Source of the DNA: Escherichia coli
GTDB taxonomy: Bacteria; Pseudomonadota; Gammaproteobacteria; Enterobacterales; Enterobacteriaceae
Length of the DNA: 64,000 nucleotides
NCBI RefSeq assembly: GCF_051903065.1
Contig: NZ_CP178438.1
Direction: 5' to 3' (one strand)
A program made the position numbers and the translations under genes. The notes under the pieces are model-generated. The model made no database searches and was not told the origin of the DNA. It worked only from the letters and a program-made list of their open reading frames with translations. Shown here one piece after another: positions 13,004-23,724 of the stretch (the first letter of the stretch is position 1; the number at the start of each line of letters is the position of its first letter).

Positions 13004-13118
13004 TGCGCAGATGCCTGATGCGACGCTATGCGCGTCTTATCATGCCTACGGCCTGCTACGGTTTATGGGCGAAGTGTAGGCCGGATAAGGCGTTCACGCC
13101 GCATCCGGCAGTCGTGCA
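13004..13118. repeat. REP/BIME cluster
   Basis: Two REP-like palindromic units (gatgcctgatgcgacgc...; gtaggccggataaggcgttcacgccgcatccggca) between yaiL and frmB. Confidence 0.85.
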
Positions 13119-13124
13119 CTATTA

Positions 13125-13958
13125 TCAACGCATATTCAGTTTATTGGCGTGGTAGGCAATATGCTCGCCAATAAAACTGGAGACAAAATAATAGCTGTGG
13201 TCGTAACCCTCGTGATAACGGATTAACGTCTTGATATTCATCTCCTGGCAGATCTTTTCAAGATTTTGAGTCCGCAGCTGTTCTGCGTAAAAATCATCAC
13301 TCAACCCCTGATCAACCATGATTTCCGCAACGCGTTGACCTTGTGAAATAAGACTCACCGGATCGTAATCCAACCAGGCCTCTTTATTTTCACCAAGATA
13401 TGCGGCAAAGGCTTGCTGTCCCCACGGTACTTGCGATGGGGAGACAATGGGCGAAAACGCCGAGACGCTGACATATTCATCTGGGTTACGTAACGCCAGC
13501 ACCAGCGCGCCCAGCCCGCCCATAGAATGACCTGAGATAGACTTTCTGGTCGTTGCCGGAAAATGTTGCATCACTAAATCCGGCAGCTCGTTGCGGATAT
13601 AGTCATACATTTTGTAATGTTCATTCCACGGCGCTTGCGTCGCGTTCAGGTAAAACCCGGCACCTTGCCCGAGATCGTAACGGTCGGCATCTGCGACATG
13701 ACTGCCTCGCGGACTGGTGTCCGGCGCAACAATAATAATGTTGTGCTCAGCCGCGTAACGCTGCATCCCCGATTTAGTAATGAAATTCTGCTCATTGCAG
13801 GTCAGGCCCGAAAGCCAGTACAGCACCGGTAATTTTTCACCTGCAGCTTTTGGTGGGAGATAGACGGCGACATTCATTTCACATTTCAGTGATGCGGAAT
13901 AATGCCGATACACATTTTGCCAGCCGCCAAAGCTGGCATGTTTTTCAATGAGTTCCAT
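13125..13958 (-). CDS. frmB: S-formylglutathione hydrolase
   Basis: 277-aa ORF with the esterase GHSMGG motif; last gene of frmRAB. Confidence 0.93.
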   Translation of the reverse strand: MELIEKHASFGGWQNVYRHYSASLKCEMNVAVYLPPKAAGEKLPVLYWLSGLTCNEQNFITKSGMQRYAAEHNIIIVAPDTSPRGSHVADADRYDLGQGAGFYLNATQAPWNEHYKMYDYIRNELPDLVMQHFPATTRKSISGHSMGGLGALVLALRNPDEYVSVSAFSPIVSPSQVPWGQQAFAAYLGENKEAWLDYDPVSLISQGQRVAEIMVDQGLSDDFYAEQLRTQNLEKICQEMNIKTLIRYHEGYDHSYYFVSSFIGEHIAYHANKLNMR

Positions 13959-14050
13959 CAGTCATTATCTCACGGTTAATCCCCCGGACGGCTGCCCGGG
14001 GAGAGTATTAAGAACCCCGTCTGAAGTGGACGGGGTAAACCAGCGGGAAA

Positions 14051-15190
<1,140 letters not shown>

Positions 15191-15194
15191 TCAG

Positions 15195-15470
15195 CTATTT
15201 AAGATAGGCACGAACCAGTTCAATAGTGTCGTCAACGGATTGGCTGACTTCGCGGCTGTAGCAGTCATTTCGGTCAAACGTTTCCCGGATATGGCTTTCA
15301 AGCACTTCAGCCATCAGCCCGTTAGCCGCGCCCCGAACGGCAGCAATCTGTTGGAGTATGGCACGGCATTCGGCATCACCCTCCAGCGACCGTTCCAGAG
15401 CATCAATCTGCCCCCGAATACGACGAACTCGAGTAAGGACCTTTTTCTTCTCTTCCGGAGTACTGGGCAT
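15195..15470 (-). CDS. frmR: formaldehyde-responsive repressor FrmR (CsoR/RcnR family)
   Basis: 91-aa product from the ATG at 15470 ([30 protein letters not shown]...). Confidence 0.92.
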
Positions 15471-15496
15471 TTCGCACCTCATCATCTGCACGCAAT

Positions 15497-15545
15497 ATAC
15501 TATAGGGGGGTATGCTATATGTCAATGCATACCCCCCTATAGTAT
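15497..15545. promoter_or_regulatory. frmRAB promoter operator: inverted repeat with G6 and C6 tracts
   Basis: atactataggggggtat (15497..15513) and its reverse complement atacccccctatagtat (15529..15545) lie just upstream of the frmR start, the architecture typical of CsoR/RcnR-family operators. Confidence 0.7.
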
Positions 15546-15629
15546 ATAACACTGGAGAATAATTGTTGTCCGAAGCCTAACCAGGTGAACGGTCCCTCAA
15601 GACAGATGGGGACCGTTTATGTGCTATTT

Positions 15630-16676
15630 TTATGCCGCATCCGCTAAAACAAACATCCCGTAAGGATGGATTTCGAGGTAATAGTGCTCACCAATATCGG
15701 GCTGTAAACGGGTGGCGTTTACTTGTAATAAAATCTCCTGTCCATGCCACTCTACGGTCACTTCGTACTGCGGCCCCATGTAGGCGACATGGCGAATAAC
15801 ACAACGCTGACTCTCTTCGCCGTGATTGCTTAAGGTGATGGCTTCCGGGCGAACGCCGACGGTGCCGCTACCTTGCGCCGGGAAATGCGCCGCGCGCGGC
15901 AGGCGATAACCGTAGATATCGACATACTCTTCGCTAAAGTTCGCCGGGAACAGGTTGGCGTCGCCCATAAAACTTGCCATAAATCGGGAGGCTGGCTGAC
16001 GATAGAGATCCTGCGGTGAGCCAATCTGCATGATGTGACCTTTATTCATCACCAACACAGTGTCGGACACCGCGAAAGCTTCACTTTGATCGTGAGTGAC
16101 GTAGAGCGACGTGATATTAAACTGCTTTTGCAGCTCGCGGATCTTATCGCGCATACTGCGGCGCAGGTTGGCATCGAGGTTACTTAACGGCTCATCAAAC
16201 AGCAGCACCTTTGGCTTGAGGATCAACGCGCGGGCCAGTGCCACACGCTGTTGCTGACCACCGGAAATCTGATCGACATAGCGGTCCTCGAAGCCTTCCA
16301 GATCCACCATTGCCAGCGCCTCCTTCACCCGCTGTTTCACTTCGCTACGCGAGACGCCAAGCATCTTCAGCCCGTAGCCAACGTTTTCACCCAGCGACAT
16401 ATGCGGGAACAGAGCGTATGACTGAAACACCATGCAGATATCGCGCTGTTGAATGGAACGATGCGTGACATCTTCGCCATCAATAAAAATTTGCCCTTCG
16501 CTCGGTTTTTCCAGCCCGGCAACCAGACGCAAAATGGTGGTTTTGCCACAGCCGGAAGGACCGAGCAGCGTCACCATTTGCCCTTGTGGAATGGTGAGAT
16601 TGATATTGTCGATAACCGTATTACTGCCGAATCGTTTAGTGACGTTGCGCAGTTCAACAAAATTTTTCTGACTCAT
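15630..16676 (-). CDS. ABC transporter ATP-binding protein (AfuC/FbpC-like)
   Basis: Walker [10 protein letters not shown], signature [15 protein letters not shown], Walker B LLFDEP; start placed at the MSQKNF ATG (16676) preceded by GGAG, with an alternative ATG at 16688 overlapping the upstream stop. Confidence 0.85.
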   Translation of the reverse strand: MSQKNFVELRNVTKRFGSNTVIDNINLTIPQGQMVTLLGPSGCGKTTILRLVAGLEKPSEGQIFIDGEDVTHRSIQQRDICMVFQSYALFPHMSLGENVGYGLKMLGVSRSEVKQRVKEALAMVDLEGFEDRYVDQISGGQQQRVALARALILKPKVLLFDEPLSNLDANLRRSMRDKIRELQKQFNITSLYVTHDQSEAFAVSDTVLVMNKGHIMQIGSPQDLYRQPASRFMASFMGDANLFPANFSEEYVDIYGYRLPRAAHFPAQGSGTVGVRPEAITLSNHGEESQRCVIRHVAYMGPQYEVTVEWHGQEILLQVNATRLQPDIGEHYYLEIHPYGMFVLADAA

Positions 16677-16687
16677 AGTGCGCTCCA

Positions 16688-18766
16688 TTACGCCTGGTTT
16701 TTGGCTTTAGAACGGGAGATACGAGCTTCTCCGATCAGCCAGTCAAAGAGGAAAATAATCGCCAGCATCACCACGATCAGAATCGAACCATAGGCGATGG
16801 CTACGCCATATTCGCCGTCTTCAACGCGGTTAAGAATGTAGGCGGTTGCCACGCGGGTGTCCGGCGTGACGAGAAAGACGATGGCGCTGACCGTCGTGAT
16901 GGCCCGCACAAAGCTGTAGATCAGGGCCGAGAGAATGGCCGGACGCAGCAGTGGCAGTAAAATGTGGGTTATGGTTCGCAAGGAACCTGCGCGCAGGCTG
17001 AGTGAGGCTTCATCCAGCGATTTGTCGATCTGCCCCAGGCCTGCAATCCCGGCGCGAATACCCACCGGAACGTTACGCATCACCATCGAGATAATCACAA
17101 TTGCCGCCGTTCCGGTGAGATAAACCGGAGCGCTGTTAAAGGCAAGAATATACGAAACGCCCGCCACCGTACCCGGTACGGCAAAGCACAGCATGGTGGT
17201 GAACTCGATGGTCTTTTTGCCTTTGAATTGTTGACGCACCACCACCCAGGCGATGAGCAGGCCAAAGATAGCGGTAATGGGAGCGGCAATCCCGGCGTAG
17301 AGCAGGGTATCCAGCAGTGAAGGCCACGCGCCGTCGCTCATTCCCTGACCAAATAGCTTGATAAAGTTATCCAGCGTCAGGGTGTAGTCCACGCCCCAGT
17401 TCACCGTGAAGCTGCCGTAGAAAATGCTGCCGTAGAGCAGGGCGTTAAAGGCAATCCATATCGCAAGTATGGCGACCACGCTCCACACCAGGGTGACCGG
17501 TAGCGGCTGGACGTCGCCACGGTAGGATTTGCCGGAAACCGTGACGTAAGAGCGTTTACCAATCCACATATACTGGATGCAGAACACCAGCAGCGAGAAC
17601 AGCAGCAGGAAAGCGCCAAGGGTGCTGGCGGCCTGATAATCCAGCTGCGAGCCGGTAATATAGAAGTAAATTTGCGTCGCCAGTACGTCGAAGTTACCGC
17701 CAAGTACCAGCGGGTTACTGAAATCAGCCAGTGACTGTACCACGACGATTAAAAAGGCATTGGCGAGTGCGGGCTTCAACAACGGCACAAACACGCCGTT
17801 AAAGGTTTGCCAGCGGCTGGCGCGCAGGGTGTAGGAGGCCTCTTCCAGCGAGGGATGAATGGTTTTAATGGCCCCGTCGAGGATCATAAATGCCATTGGC
17901 GTGAATGCCAGAACCTGTGCCAGCCAGATCCCGGTAAAACCGTACAGCCAGTTGGTGTTGGTCAGCCCAAACCACTCCACCATAAATTCCGTAACATAGC
18001 CGGAGCGCCCCATCATGAGCGTCACGCCTAAGCCGACCACAAACGGTGGCGTAACGATGGGCAAAATGGAAAAGATGCGACCAATAATGGCGCTGCGTTT
18101 AGCGATGCGCGTGGTATAAATCGCCAGCACCAGGCCGAAGAAAGTACAGCCTATCCCCACCGCTATCGACAAGACGATAGAGTTGACGATCACCTGAACA
18201 ATATGTGCCTGCGAGAGCACGGTCATAAACGCCAGCGGGGCGAACTCTCCCGCGTCGTTGGTGAACATCGGGATAAAAATGGCGATGCTCGGCCAGACGA
18301 TAAAAATGCCAATCAGCGCCACAATCGCAATCAGTGAGCCGATCACGAAGCGGTCGCCACCCAGCCATTCGAGGCGGGTTAAGGCCAGCGTCATAATCGC
18401 GCCTAGTTCGACAAACAGCACGATGGCGGCGTAGCCTAAACCGCGTCCAACCACGGTGGCGCTGATGACGATAAACGCCATACAGAGCAATGCCCAGCCG
18501 GCATCGAAATAATGACGGCTACGTTGTTCGCGCGTGGCCTCACTAAACGGGCGGACCAGCAACAGGCTCGGGAGTAAATACCACAGCCAGCTGATATTAA
18601 AATGCGACCAGCCATAAGCCTCGAGGATCTCATCACTCGTGGACTCCAGCAGGCCATAATCGAGGCTCCAGCTCGGCAACAGTATAAATGCCAGCCAGCC
18701 CAGCAAAACCCAAAGGAAAATCGCATCCCGCTTTTTCACGGGATGGAGTGCAAGTGTCTGTGACAT
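16688..18766 (-). CDS. ABC transporter permease, two fused transmembrane domains (AfuB/FbpB-like)
   Basis: About 692-aa highly hydrophobic ORF; probable ATG at 18766 ([12 protein letters not shown]); the ORF track extends to a TTG at 18817. Confidence 0.82.
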   Translation of the reverse strand: MSQTLALHPVKKRDAIFLWVLLGWLAFILLPSWSLDYGLLESTSDEILEAYGWSHFNISWLWYLLPSLLLVRPFSEATREQRSRHYFDAGWALLCMAFIVISATVVGRGLGYAAIVLFVELGAIMTLALTRLEWLGGDRFVIGSLIAIVALIGIFIVWPSIAIFIPMFTNDAGEFAPLAFMTVLSQAHIVQVIVNSIVLSIAVGIGCTFFGLVLAIYTTRIAKRSAIIGRIFSILPIVTPPFVVGLGVTLMMGRSGYVTEFMVEWFGLTNTNWLYGFTGIWLAQVLAFTPMAFMILDGAIKTIHPSLEEASYTLRASRWQTFNGVFVPLLKPALANAFLIVVVQSLADFSNPLVLGGNFDVLATQIYFYITGSQLDYQAASTLGAFLLLFSLLVFCIQYMWIGKRSYVTVSGKSYRGDVQPLPVTLVWSVVAILAIWIAFNALLYGSIFYGSFTVNWGVDYTLTLDNFIKLFGQGMSDGAWPSLLDTLLYAGIAAPITAIFGLLIAWVVVRQQFKGKKTIEFTTMLCFAVPGTVAGVSYILAFNSAPVYLTGTAAIVIISMVMRNVPVGIRAGIAGLGQIDKSLDEASLSLRAGSLRTITHILLPLLRPAILSALIYSFVRAITTVSAIVFLVTPDTRVATAYILNRVEDGEYGVAIAYGSILIVVMLAIIFLFDWLIGEARISRSKAKNQA

Positions 18767-18834
18767 AGTAGTTCCGGTATGGTTGGCCGGGGCAGGCGTT
18801 TGTGCTGCACCCGGCAAATACGCCTAATGCGGGT

Positions 18835-19866
18835 TTATTTACCCATCTTCACTTCGCTGACCCATTTATTAATCAATGCCTTACGAACATCCGTGGAACC
18901 ATATTTATCCATGTCGTAGTTGATTAATTTCAGGTCGTCGAGCTTCAGCGAATTTGGCGACGTTTCGGCGGTGGTATTGGTCAGGATCTGATAAGACTTC
19001 CCTTTCTTCCACGCCAGTTCCTGAGCTTCTTTTGATAATACCCAGTCCACAAACAGTTTGGCGTTGTCGAGGTTGCGCGCGCCTTTCAGAATGCTGACGC
19101 CGCCAATTTCGTAGCCCGTACCTTCACACGGGGAAATCAACTCCAGCGGCGCGCCCTGTTCTTTTTCCAGCGAGTAGTCATGCAGGAAGCCAATACCAAT
19201 CGCCGTTTCGCCACGGGCGGCGTTACGTGCCGGGGCTATGCCTGATTTGGTGTACTGAGAGACGTTGGCGTTCAGTTGTTTTAGATAATCAAAGGCCTGA
19301 TCTTCCCCCCACAGCTGCGCAAAAGTAGCCAGGGCGGTGTAGGCAGTACCGGAACTTTGCGGATCGGCAATTTGAATTTCGCCTTTATATTCCGGTTTGG
19401 TGAGATCTTTCCAGCACTTCGGCACCGGCAGGTTTTTCTCTTTCAGACGATCGGTGTTTACGCCAAAACCGAGGATCCCCACATAAACGGCAGAGGACAG
19501 ATTCCCTTTCACTTTTGCCGGATCGCGGAATTTCTCCATGATCTGCTCAAGGGTAGGGGATTTATACGCCTGTAGCAGGCCCATCTCGCCAGCCTGCGAT
19601 TGCGGGTCTAAAGTGCCGCCGTACCAGACGTCAGCCTGGGGGTTTTTCTTTTCAGCATCGACTTTTGCCAGGGTGCTTCCGGAACCGTTGCGGATAAACG
19701 AGGTTTTTACATCATATTTCTCGCCAAACGCTTTGGTTTCGGCCTCACACATTTCATTGGTGGCGCTGCAATAGACCACCAGCCGGCCTTTTGCCTGCGC
19801 GGCACCCGTTAAAGTCGCCAGCGCAACGGCAGAAGCAATCAGAGTAGAGGTAAAGGTCATTTTCAT
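18835..19866 (-). CDS. periplasmic substrate-binding protein (AfuA/FbpA-like, likely sugar-phosphate binding)
   Basis: Starts MKMTFTSTLIASAVALATLTGAAQA (signal peptide); the ATG at 19866 overlaps the stop of the upstream MFS gene (ATGA). The longer track ORF to 20193 is a frame artefact. Confidence 0.85.
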   Translation of the reverse strand: MKMTFTSTLIASAVALATLTGAAQAKGRLVVYCSATNEMCEAETKAFGEKYDVKTSFIRNGSGSTLAKVDAEKKNPQADVWYGGTLDPQSQAGEMGLLQAYKSPTLEQIMEKFRDPAKVKGNLSSAVYVGILGFGVNTDRLKEKNLPVPKCWKDLTKPEYKGEIQIADPQSSGTAYTALATFAQLWGEDQAFDYLKQLNANVSQYTKSGIAPARNAARGETAIGIGFLHDYSLEKEQGAPLELISPCEGTGYEIGGVSILKGARNLDNAKLFVDWVLSKEAQELAWKKGKSYQILTNTTAETSPNSLKLDDLKLINYDMDKYGSTDVRKALINKWVSEVKMGK

Positions 19867-21179
19867 TGTTTTATCCTTCGAGCGTGAGTGGTGGTGATGC
19901 CCGCCATCAGTAACGGCATCAGCAGTAAACCCATAAGTACTGCGGCGACCGAGAGTAAACTGAACATTCCCGGCCAGCCGTAGCGTTCGATGACCAGCGA
20001 CAGCGGCCAGCCTGCCAGCGCCGCGCCAAGGTAAGCGAACAGGCCGAGAAATCCGGTGATTGAACCCGCCGCAGCTTTGTGCCCACACTCCACCGCCGCA
20101 AGTCCAATCAGCATTTGTGGGCCAAAGACGAAAAAGCCCACGGTAAAAAAGCACACTGCCAGCAGAGCGTAGTGATGAACCGGTGCCAGCCACAGTGCGG
20201 CGACTGACACCATCAACCCCAACGTGAACAGCAAAATCATTGGCGCTCGTTGCCCGCTAAACAGCAAATCCGATCCCCATCCGGCAAATAACGCGCCGAG
20301 TAAGCCGCCCACTTCAAACAGCATTACCGTGGCGTTGGCGCTGAGCAGGTTGACACCGTGGCTTTCCGTCAGCCAGATATTGCCCCAGTCGTTAAGCGCA
20401 ATCCGGATCACATAAACCAGTACATAAGAGACGCCCAGTAGCCAGATCAGCGGATTTTGCAGCATGGTGGTGCGCAACATTTGCCACAGCCCCATCGGCG
20501 GACTTTGTTGTTCCTGACGTAACTCCAGCGGATCGTGACGCCAGTGACCAACTGTCGGTAATCCCTCTTCCTGGGGCGTGCCTTTGAGTTGTAGCGTTAA
20601 CCAGATCCCTAATGCCATGCTGATTATCCCCGGTGTCAGCATCGCGGCCTGCCAGCCCCACCAGTGGGCGGCAAAGGCGCTAATCAGCGGAATAATCGCT
20701 CCGCCAATGTTGATCGACATATTCCAGCAGCCCCACCAGAAACCGCGCTCATTGCGTGAGTACCAGTGGGTCAGCAAGCGGGCACACGGTGGCCATCCCC
20801 AGCCCTGAAAAAAACCGTTCAGTGTCCAGACCACAAGCAGAAGCGTAAGTGATTCGCCAAAGGCAAACACCACGTTCAATAACCCGGTGGCGAACAAGCC
20901 GACGCCCATAAAACCGCGTTGTCCGTGGCTGTCATGCCACAGTCCGGCGGTAAATTTCGACAATCCGTAGCTGAGATAAAACAGCGAACCCAGCAGGCCA
21001 ATGTCGCCTTTATCCAGTCCGAGGTCGGTTTGTAGCGCCGGAAGGACGTAATTCACGCTTTTTCGCGTCAGATAAAATGCGGCGTAGCCAATAATCATGC
21101 ACATCAGCAATCGCGGACGTAATGCCCGGTAGCATTGATTAATTTCTCTCGCTGAACGCGCGTGCATGGTTGTCTCCAT
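19863..21179 (-). CDS. UhpC-like MFS sugar-phosphate sensor/transporter (organophosphate:phosphate antiporter family)
   Basis: 438-aa ORF with 12-TM MFS character and clear similarity to UhpC as recalled (GYAAFYLTRKS, FQGWGWPPCARLLTHWYSRNERG); an alternative ATG lies 4 codons downstream. Confidence 0.82.
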   Translation of the reverse strand: METTMHARSAREINQCYRALRPRLLMCMIIGYAAFYLTRKSVNYVLPALQTDLGLDKGDIGLLGSLFYLSYGLSKFTAGLWHDSHGQRGFMGVGLFATGLLNVVFAFGESLTLLLVVWTLNGFFQGWGWPPCARLLTHWYSRNERGFWWGCWNMSINIGGAIIPLISAFAAHWWGWQAAMLTPGIISMALGIWLTLQLKGTPQEEGLPTVGHWRHDPLELRQEQQSPPMGLWQMLRTTMLQNPLIWLLGVSYVLVYVIRIALNDWGNIWLTESHGVNLLSANATVMLFEVGGLLGALFAGWGSDLLFSGQRAPMILLFTLGLMVSVAALWLAPVHHYALLAVCFFTVGFFVFGPQMLIGLAAVECGHKAAAGSITGFLGLFAYLGAALAGWPLSLVIERYGWPGMFSLLSVAAVLMGLLLMPLLMAGITTTHARRIKQ

Positions 21180-21251
21180 GTTGCTGACTATATGAAAATG
21201 AAAGTGAAAGGGGATGAGAGAAAATCCGGGATACCTAAGACTTTTTCCTGG

Positions 21252-22793
21252 TTATCCGGCGATTTGTTGCAAAAATGTGGGCAAGTTAACAATTACCCGC
21301 GTGCCGTGCTGTTTTTCGAGCGTTAAGTCGCCGCCCAGGGCGCTGACGCGCTCACGCATCCCCTGAATGCCAAATCCGGCCATTTTCCCGCTGGCGATCC
21401 CCACACCGTTGTCGCTGACCTCCAGATGCAATACCTCTCCCTGCTGGCGCAGGATAATCGTCACTTCGCTGGCTTCGGCGTGTTTACAGACGTTATTGAG
21501 CAACTCCTGCAATAACCGATACAAGGTAAAGCGCACCGTTTCGTTTTCTGGTGTGGAGTTCAGTTGATAGGCAAACTGGCAATGAATGCCGCGTTCACCA
21601 AAGGCAAATTCATTAATCAGATGCAACAACGCTTCGCGAAATGTCAGTTCATCAAGCGCGGGAGGCCGCAACTGGCGCAGCAATTGGCGGGTGGAGAGAT
21701 GAATGCGGCGGGCGAGCTCATTGATTTGGCTGGCTGCGGATTGAATTTGCGCCGGATCACGCGCCCGCTTCACCAGTTGCGACTGGATCTGAATGGCGGT
21801 GATGTTCTGACCGATTTCGTCGTGCAGCTCTCGCGCCAGGTTTTTTCGCGTGTCCTCCTCGGTGTGGATCAACTTTTCCGCCAATGCCCGCCGCGCTGCC
21901 AGCTCGGCCTCCAGCCGTTGTCGGTAATGGTGCAGGTTTAGCGCCAGATGTTGCTGGCGACTGATGGCAATGCCCAGGCCAATTCCCAGCAAGGCCTGGG
22001 TCGCGAGGAAAATCTCCAGCTCCACCAGGTTACTAAAGCCCACGCCAATCTGGCGGGCGATGGTGATCATCATGCTGCCCAAAAGCCCGGAGAGTACGCC
22101 ACCTTGCCAGCCAAATTTCCACGCCATCACCACATTGGGCAAAAAGACCACGATCAACAGCAGACGCTCAATTTCAGGTGACAGCACCATCTGAGTGCCG
22201 ATACCAATGATAAAAAACAGGCTACACCAGATGATTAAAGAGGTACGCAAGGGGGGATTATGCGTATCGAGTCCCAGGAGCTGGTAGCGATGCTGCTGGC
22301 GCAGAAACTCAAAGATAAGATAGACAAACGGCGTCAGTAATACGCCGCCGGTAAATGAGGTCAAACCCGGCAGCATTATTGGGCCTGACATAAAAGGGGA
22401 GAGCAGGGCGGTATTCAACAATGAAGCTGCCGTGACAGTGGCTAACAGCAACGTCAGACGCTGCCAGTAAAGTGGAAAACGGTGCCAGAAGTTTTGCGCA
22501 AGGAGGACAGGAAACAGGCTAATAACCGGCGTTGCCAGCATGAGATAACCGTTCAATAGCTGCTCACTATGGAGCCAGAACATCATCAGCAAAGGGGGGA
22601 GTACCAACGCAGGCCAGTAGCGGCGAGAGAGCAAAATAACAAGGGCGAGATAAACTCCCTGCGGGAGAAACAACACCGCCTGTTGACCGTTATTGGTCAG
22701 ATAAAAGCTGAGCGTCCACAGCATCAGCCAGCCGGTTCCCCAGGCCAACACAATAAACAGCGAAATCACCCAATGACGAAGATTGCGCGACAT
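21252..22793 (-). CDS. UhpB-like sensor histidine kinase (MASE1 membrane domain plus HisKA_3/HATPase)
   Basis: 513-aa ORF; the C-terminus has an H-box (RELHDEIGQNITAI) and ATPase motifs (DNGVGI, GFGIQGMRERV), similar to UhpB as recalled. Confidence 0.85.
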   Translation of the reverse strand: MSRNLRHWVISLFIVLAWGTGWLMLWTLSFYLTNNGQQAVLFLPQGVYLALVILLSRRYWPALVLPPLLMMFWLHSEQLLNGYLMLATPVISLFPVLLAQNFWHRFPLYWQRLTLLLATVTAASLLNTALLSPFMSGPIMLPGLTSFTGGVLLTPFVYLIFEFLRQQHRYQLLGLDTHNPPLRTSLIIWCSLFFIIGIGTQMVLSPEIERLLLIVVFLPNVVMAWKFGWQGGVLSGLLGSMMITIARQIGVGFSNLVELEIFLATQALLGIGLGIAISRQQHLALNLHHYRQRLEAELAARRALAEKLIHTEEDTRKNLARELHDEIGQNITAIQIQSQLVKRARDPAQIQSAASQINELARRIHLSTRQLLRQLRPPALDELTFREALLHLINEFAFGERGIHCQFAYQLNSTPENETVRFTLYRLLQELLNNVCKHAEASEVTIILRQQGEVLHLEVSDNGVGIASGKMAGFGIQGMRERVSALGGDLTLEKQHGTRVIVNLPTFLQQIAG

Positions 22794-23422
22794 TAATGCC
22801 CCGCCAGCAGATGGTGGTCGAGCGCAAAATGTACCAGTTCAATGGTGCTATGGCAGTTCAGTTTTCCCAGCACATTGGCGCGATGCACATGTACCGTTTT
22901 ATGACTGAGTTCGAGTTTAAAGGCGATCTCTTTAACGCTGTCTCCTTTGACCAGTAAATCAAACACTTCACGTTCTCGTGGGGTGAGAATTTCCAGCGCC
23001 TGGGCGGGTTGCCCGCCGCCGCGTAAAGCCCGAATCGCATCGGCACAGAGATAATGCCCGCCCAGCCCGACCGAGCGCACCGCCTGTACTAACTCTTCCG
23101 GCCCACAGCGTTTGGTTAAATACCCGCTGGCACCGGCATCCAGCGCGCTTTGCACAAAGGTTGGCGCGTCATAAATGCTAAGAATAATGGCGCGAAATTG
23201 CGGTTTTTGTGCACGCAGGCGCTTAAGCAAACTGAGGCCGTTTTCGTCCGGCATGGCAATATCAATGACGGCAACATTGACGTCATCACGGATTAATGCC
23301 GACCATGCCTGCGCGGCACTACTGTACTGACCAATGACCTCCAGATCGTCTTCCAGAGAGAGTAATTGTGCGAAGCCAGAGCGCACCACCACATGGTCAT
23401 CCACCAGCACTACCCGAATCAT
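22793..23422 (-). CDS. UhpA-like response regulator (NarL/LuxR family)
   Basis: 209-aa ORF (MIRVVLVDDHVVVRSGFAQLL...) with a C-terminal LuxR HTH (LTPREREVFDLLVKGDSVKEIAFKLELSHKTVHVHRANVLGKL); 1-nt TAATG overlap with the kinase gene. Confidence 0.88.
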   Translation of the reverse strand: MIRVVLVDDHVVVRSGFAQLLSLEDDLEVIGQYSSAAQAWSALIRDDVNVAVIDIAMPDENGLSLLKRLRAQKPQFRAIILSIYDAPTFVQSALDAGASGYLTKRCGPEELVQAVRSVGLGGHYLCADAIRALRGGGQPAQALEILTPREREVFDLLVKGDSVKEIAFKLELSHKTVHVHRANVLGKLNCHSTIELVHFALDHHLLAGH

Positions 23423-23724
23423 ACTTTTCTTCTCTTATTATCTAATTCTCCTATCATGCATCACGGCGCGGCGCTGGCAATCAACCAGCGACAGATATGG
23501 AATGGATGTAACAAAATGGCAATAATTTGCCGGAGCGCGCACATCTTATCTGGCTTGTGAACCGGCGGGATACGTTCGCCAAAACCGCAAAATGCGCAAA
23601 CTCGCTAACCATTGCCGATTTTTTTCTAAAAACGCTTTGTTCTTAACAAGACCTTTTAATTCCTTTATCAAACTGACCCGCAACGAAATACTGCTCCCAT
23701 AACAAGACAGGGGAGCAGACAATC

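Noticed and set aside
18835-20193. 452-aa ORF in the track suggesting a much longer binding protein
   Set aside because: The first 109 codons lie inside the MFS sensor gene in another frame; the signal peptide and ATG at 19866 mark the real start.
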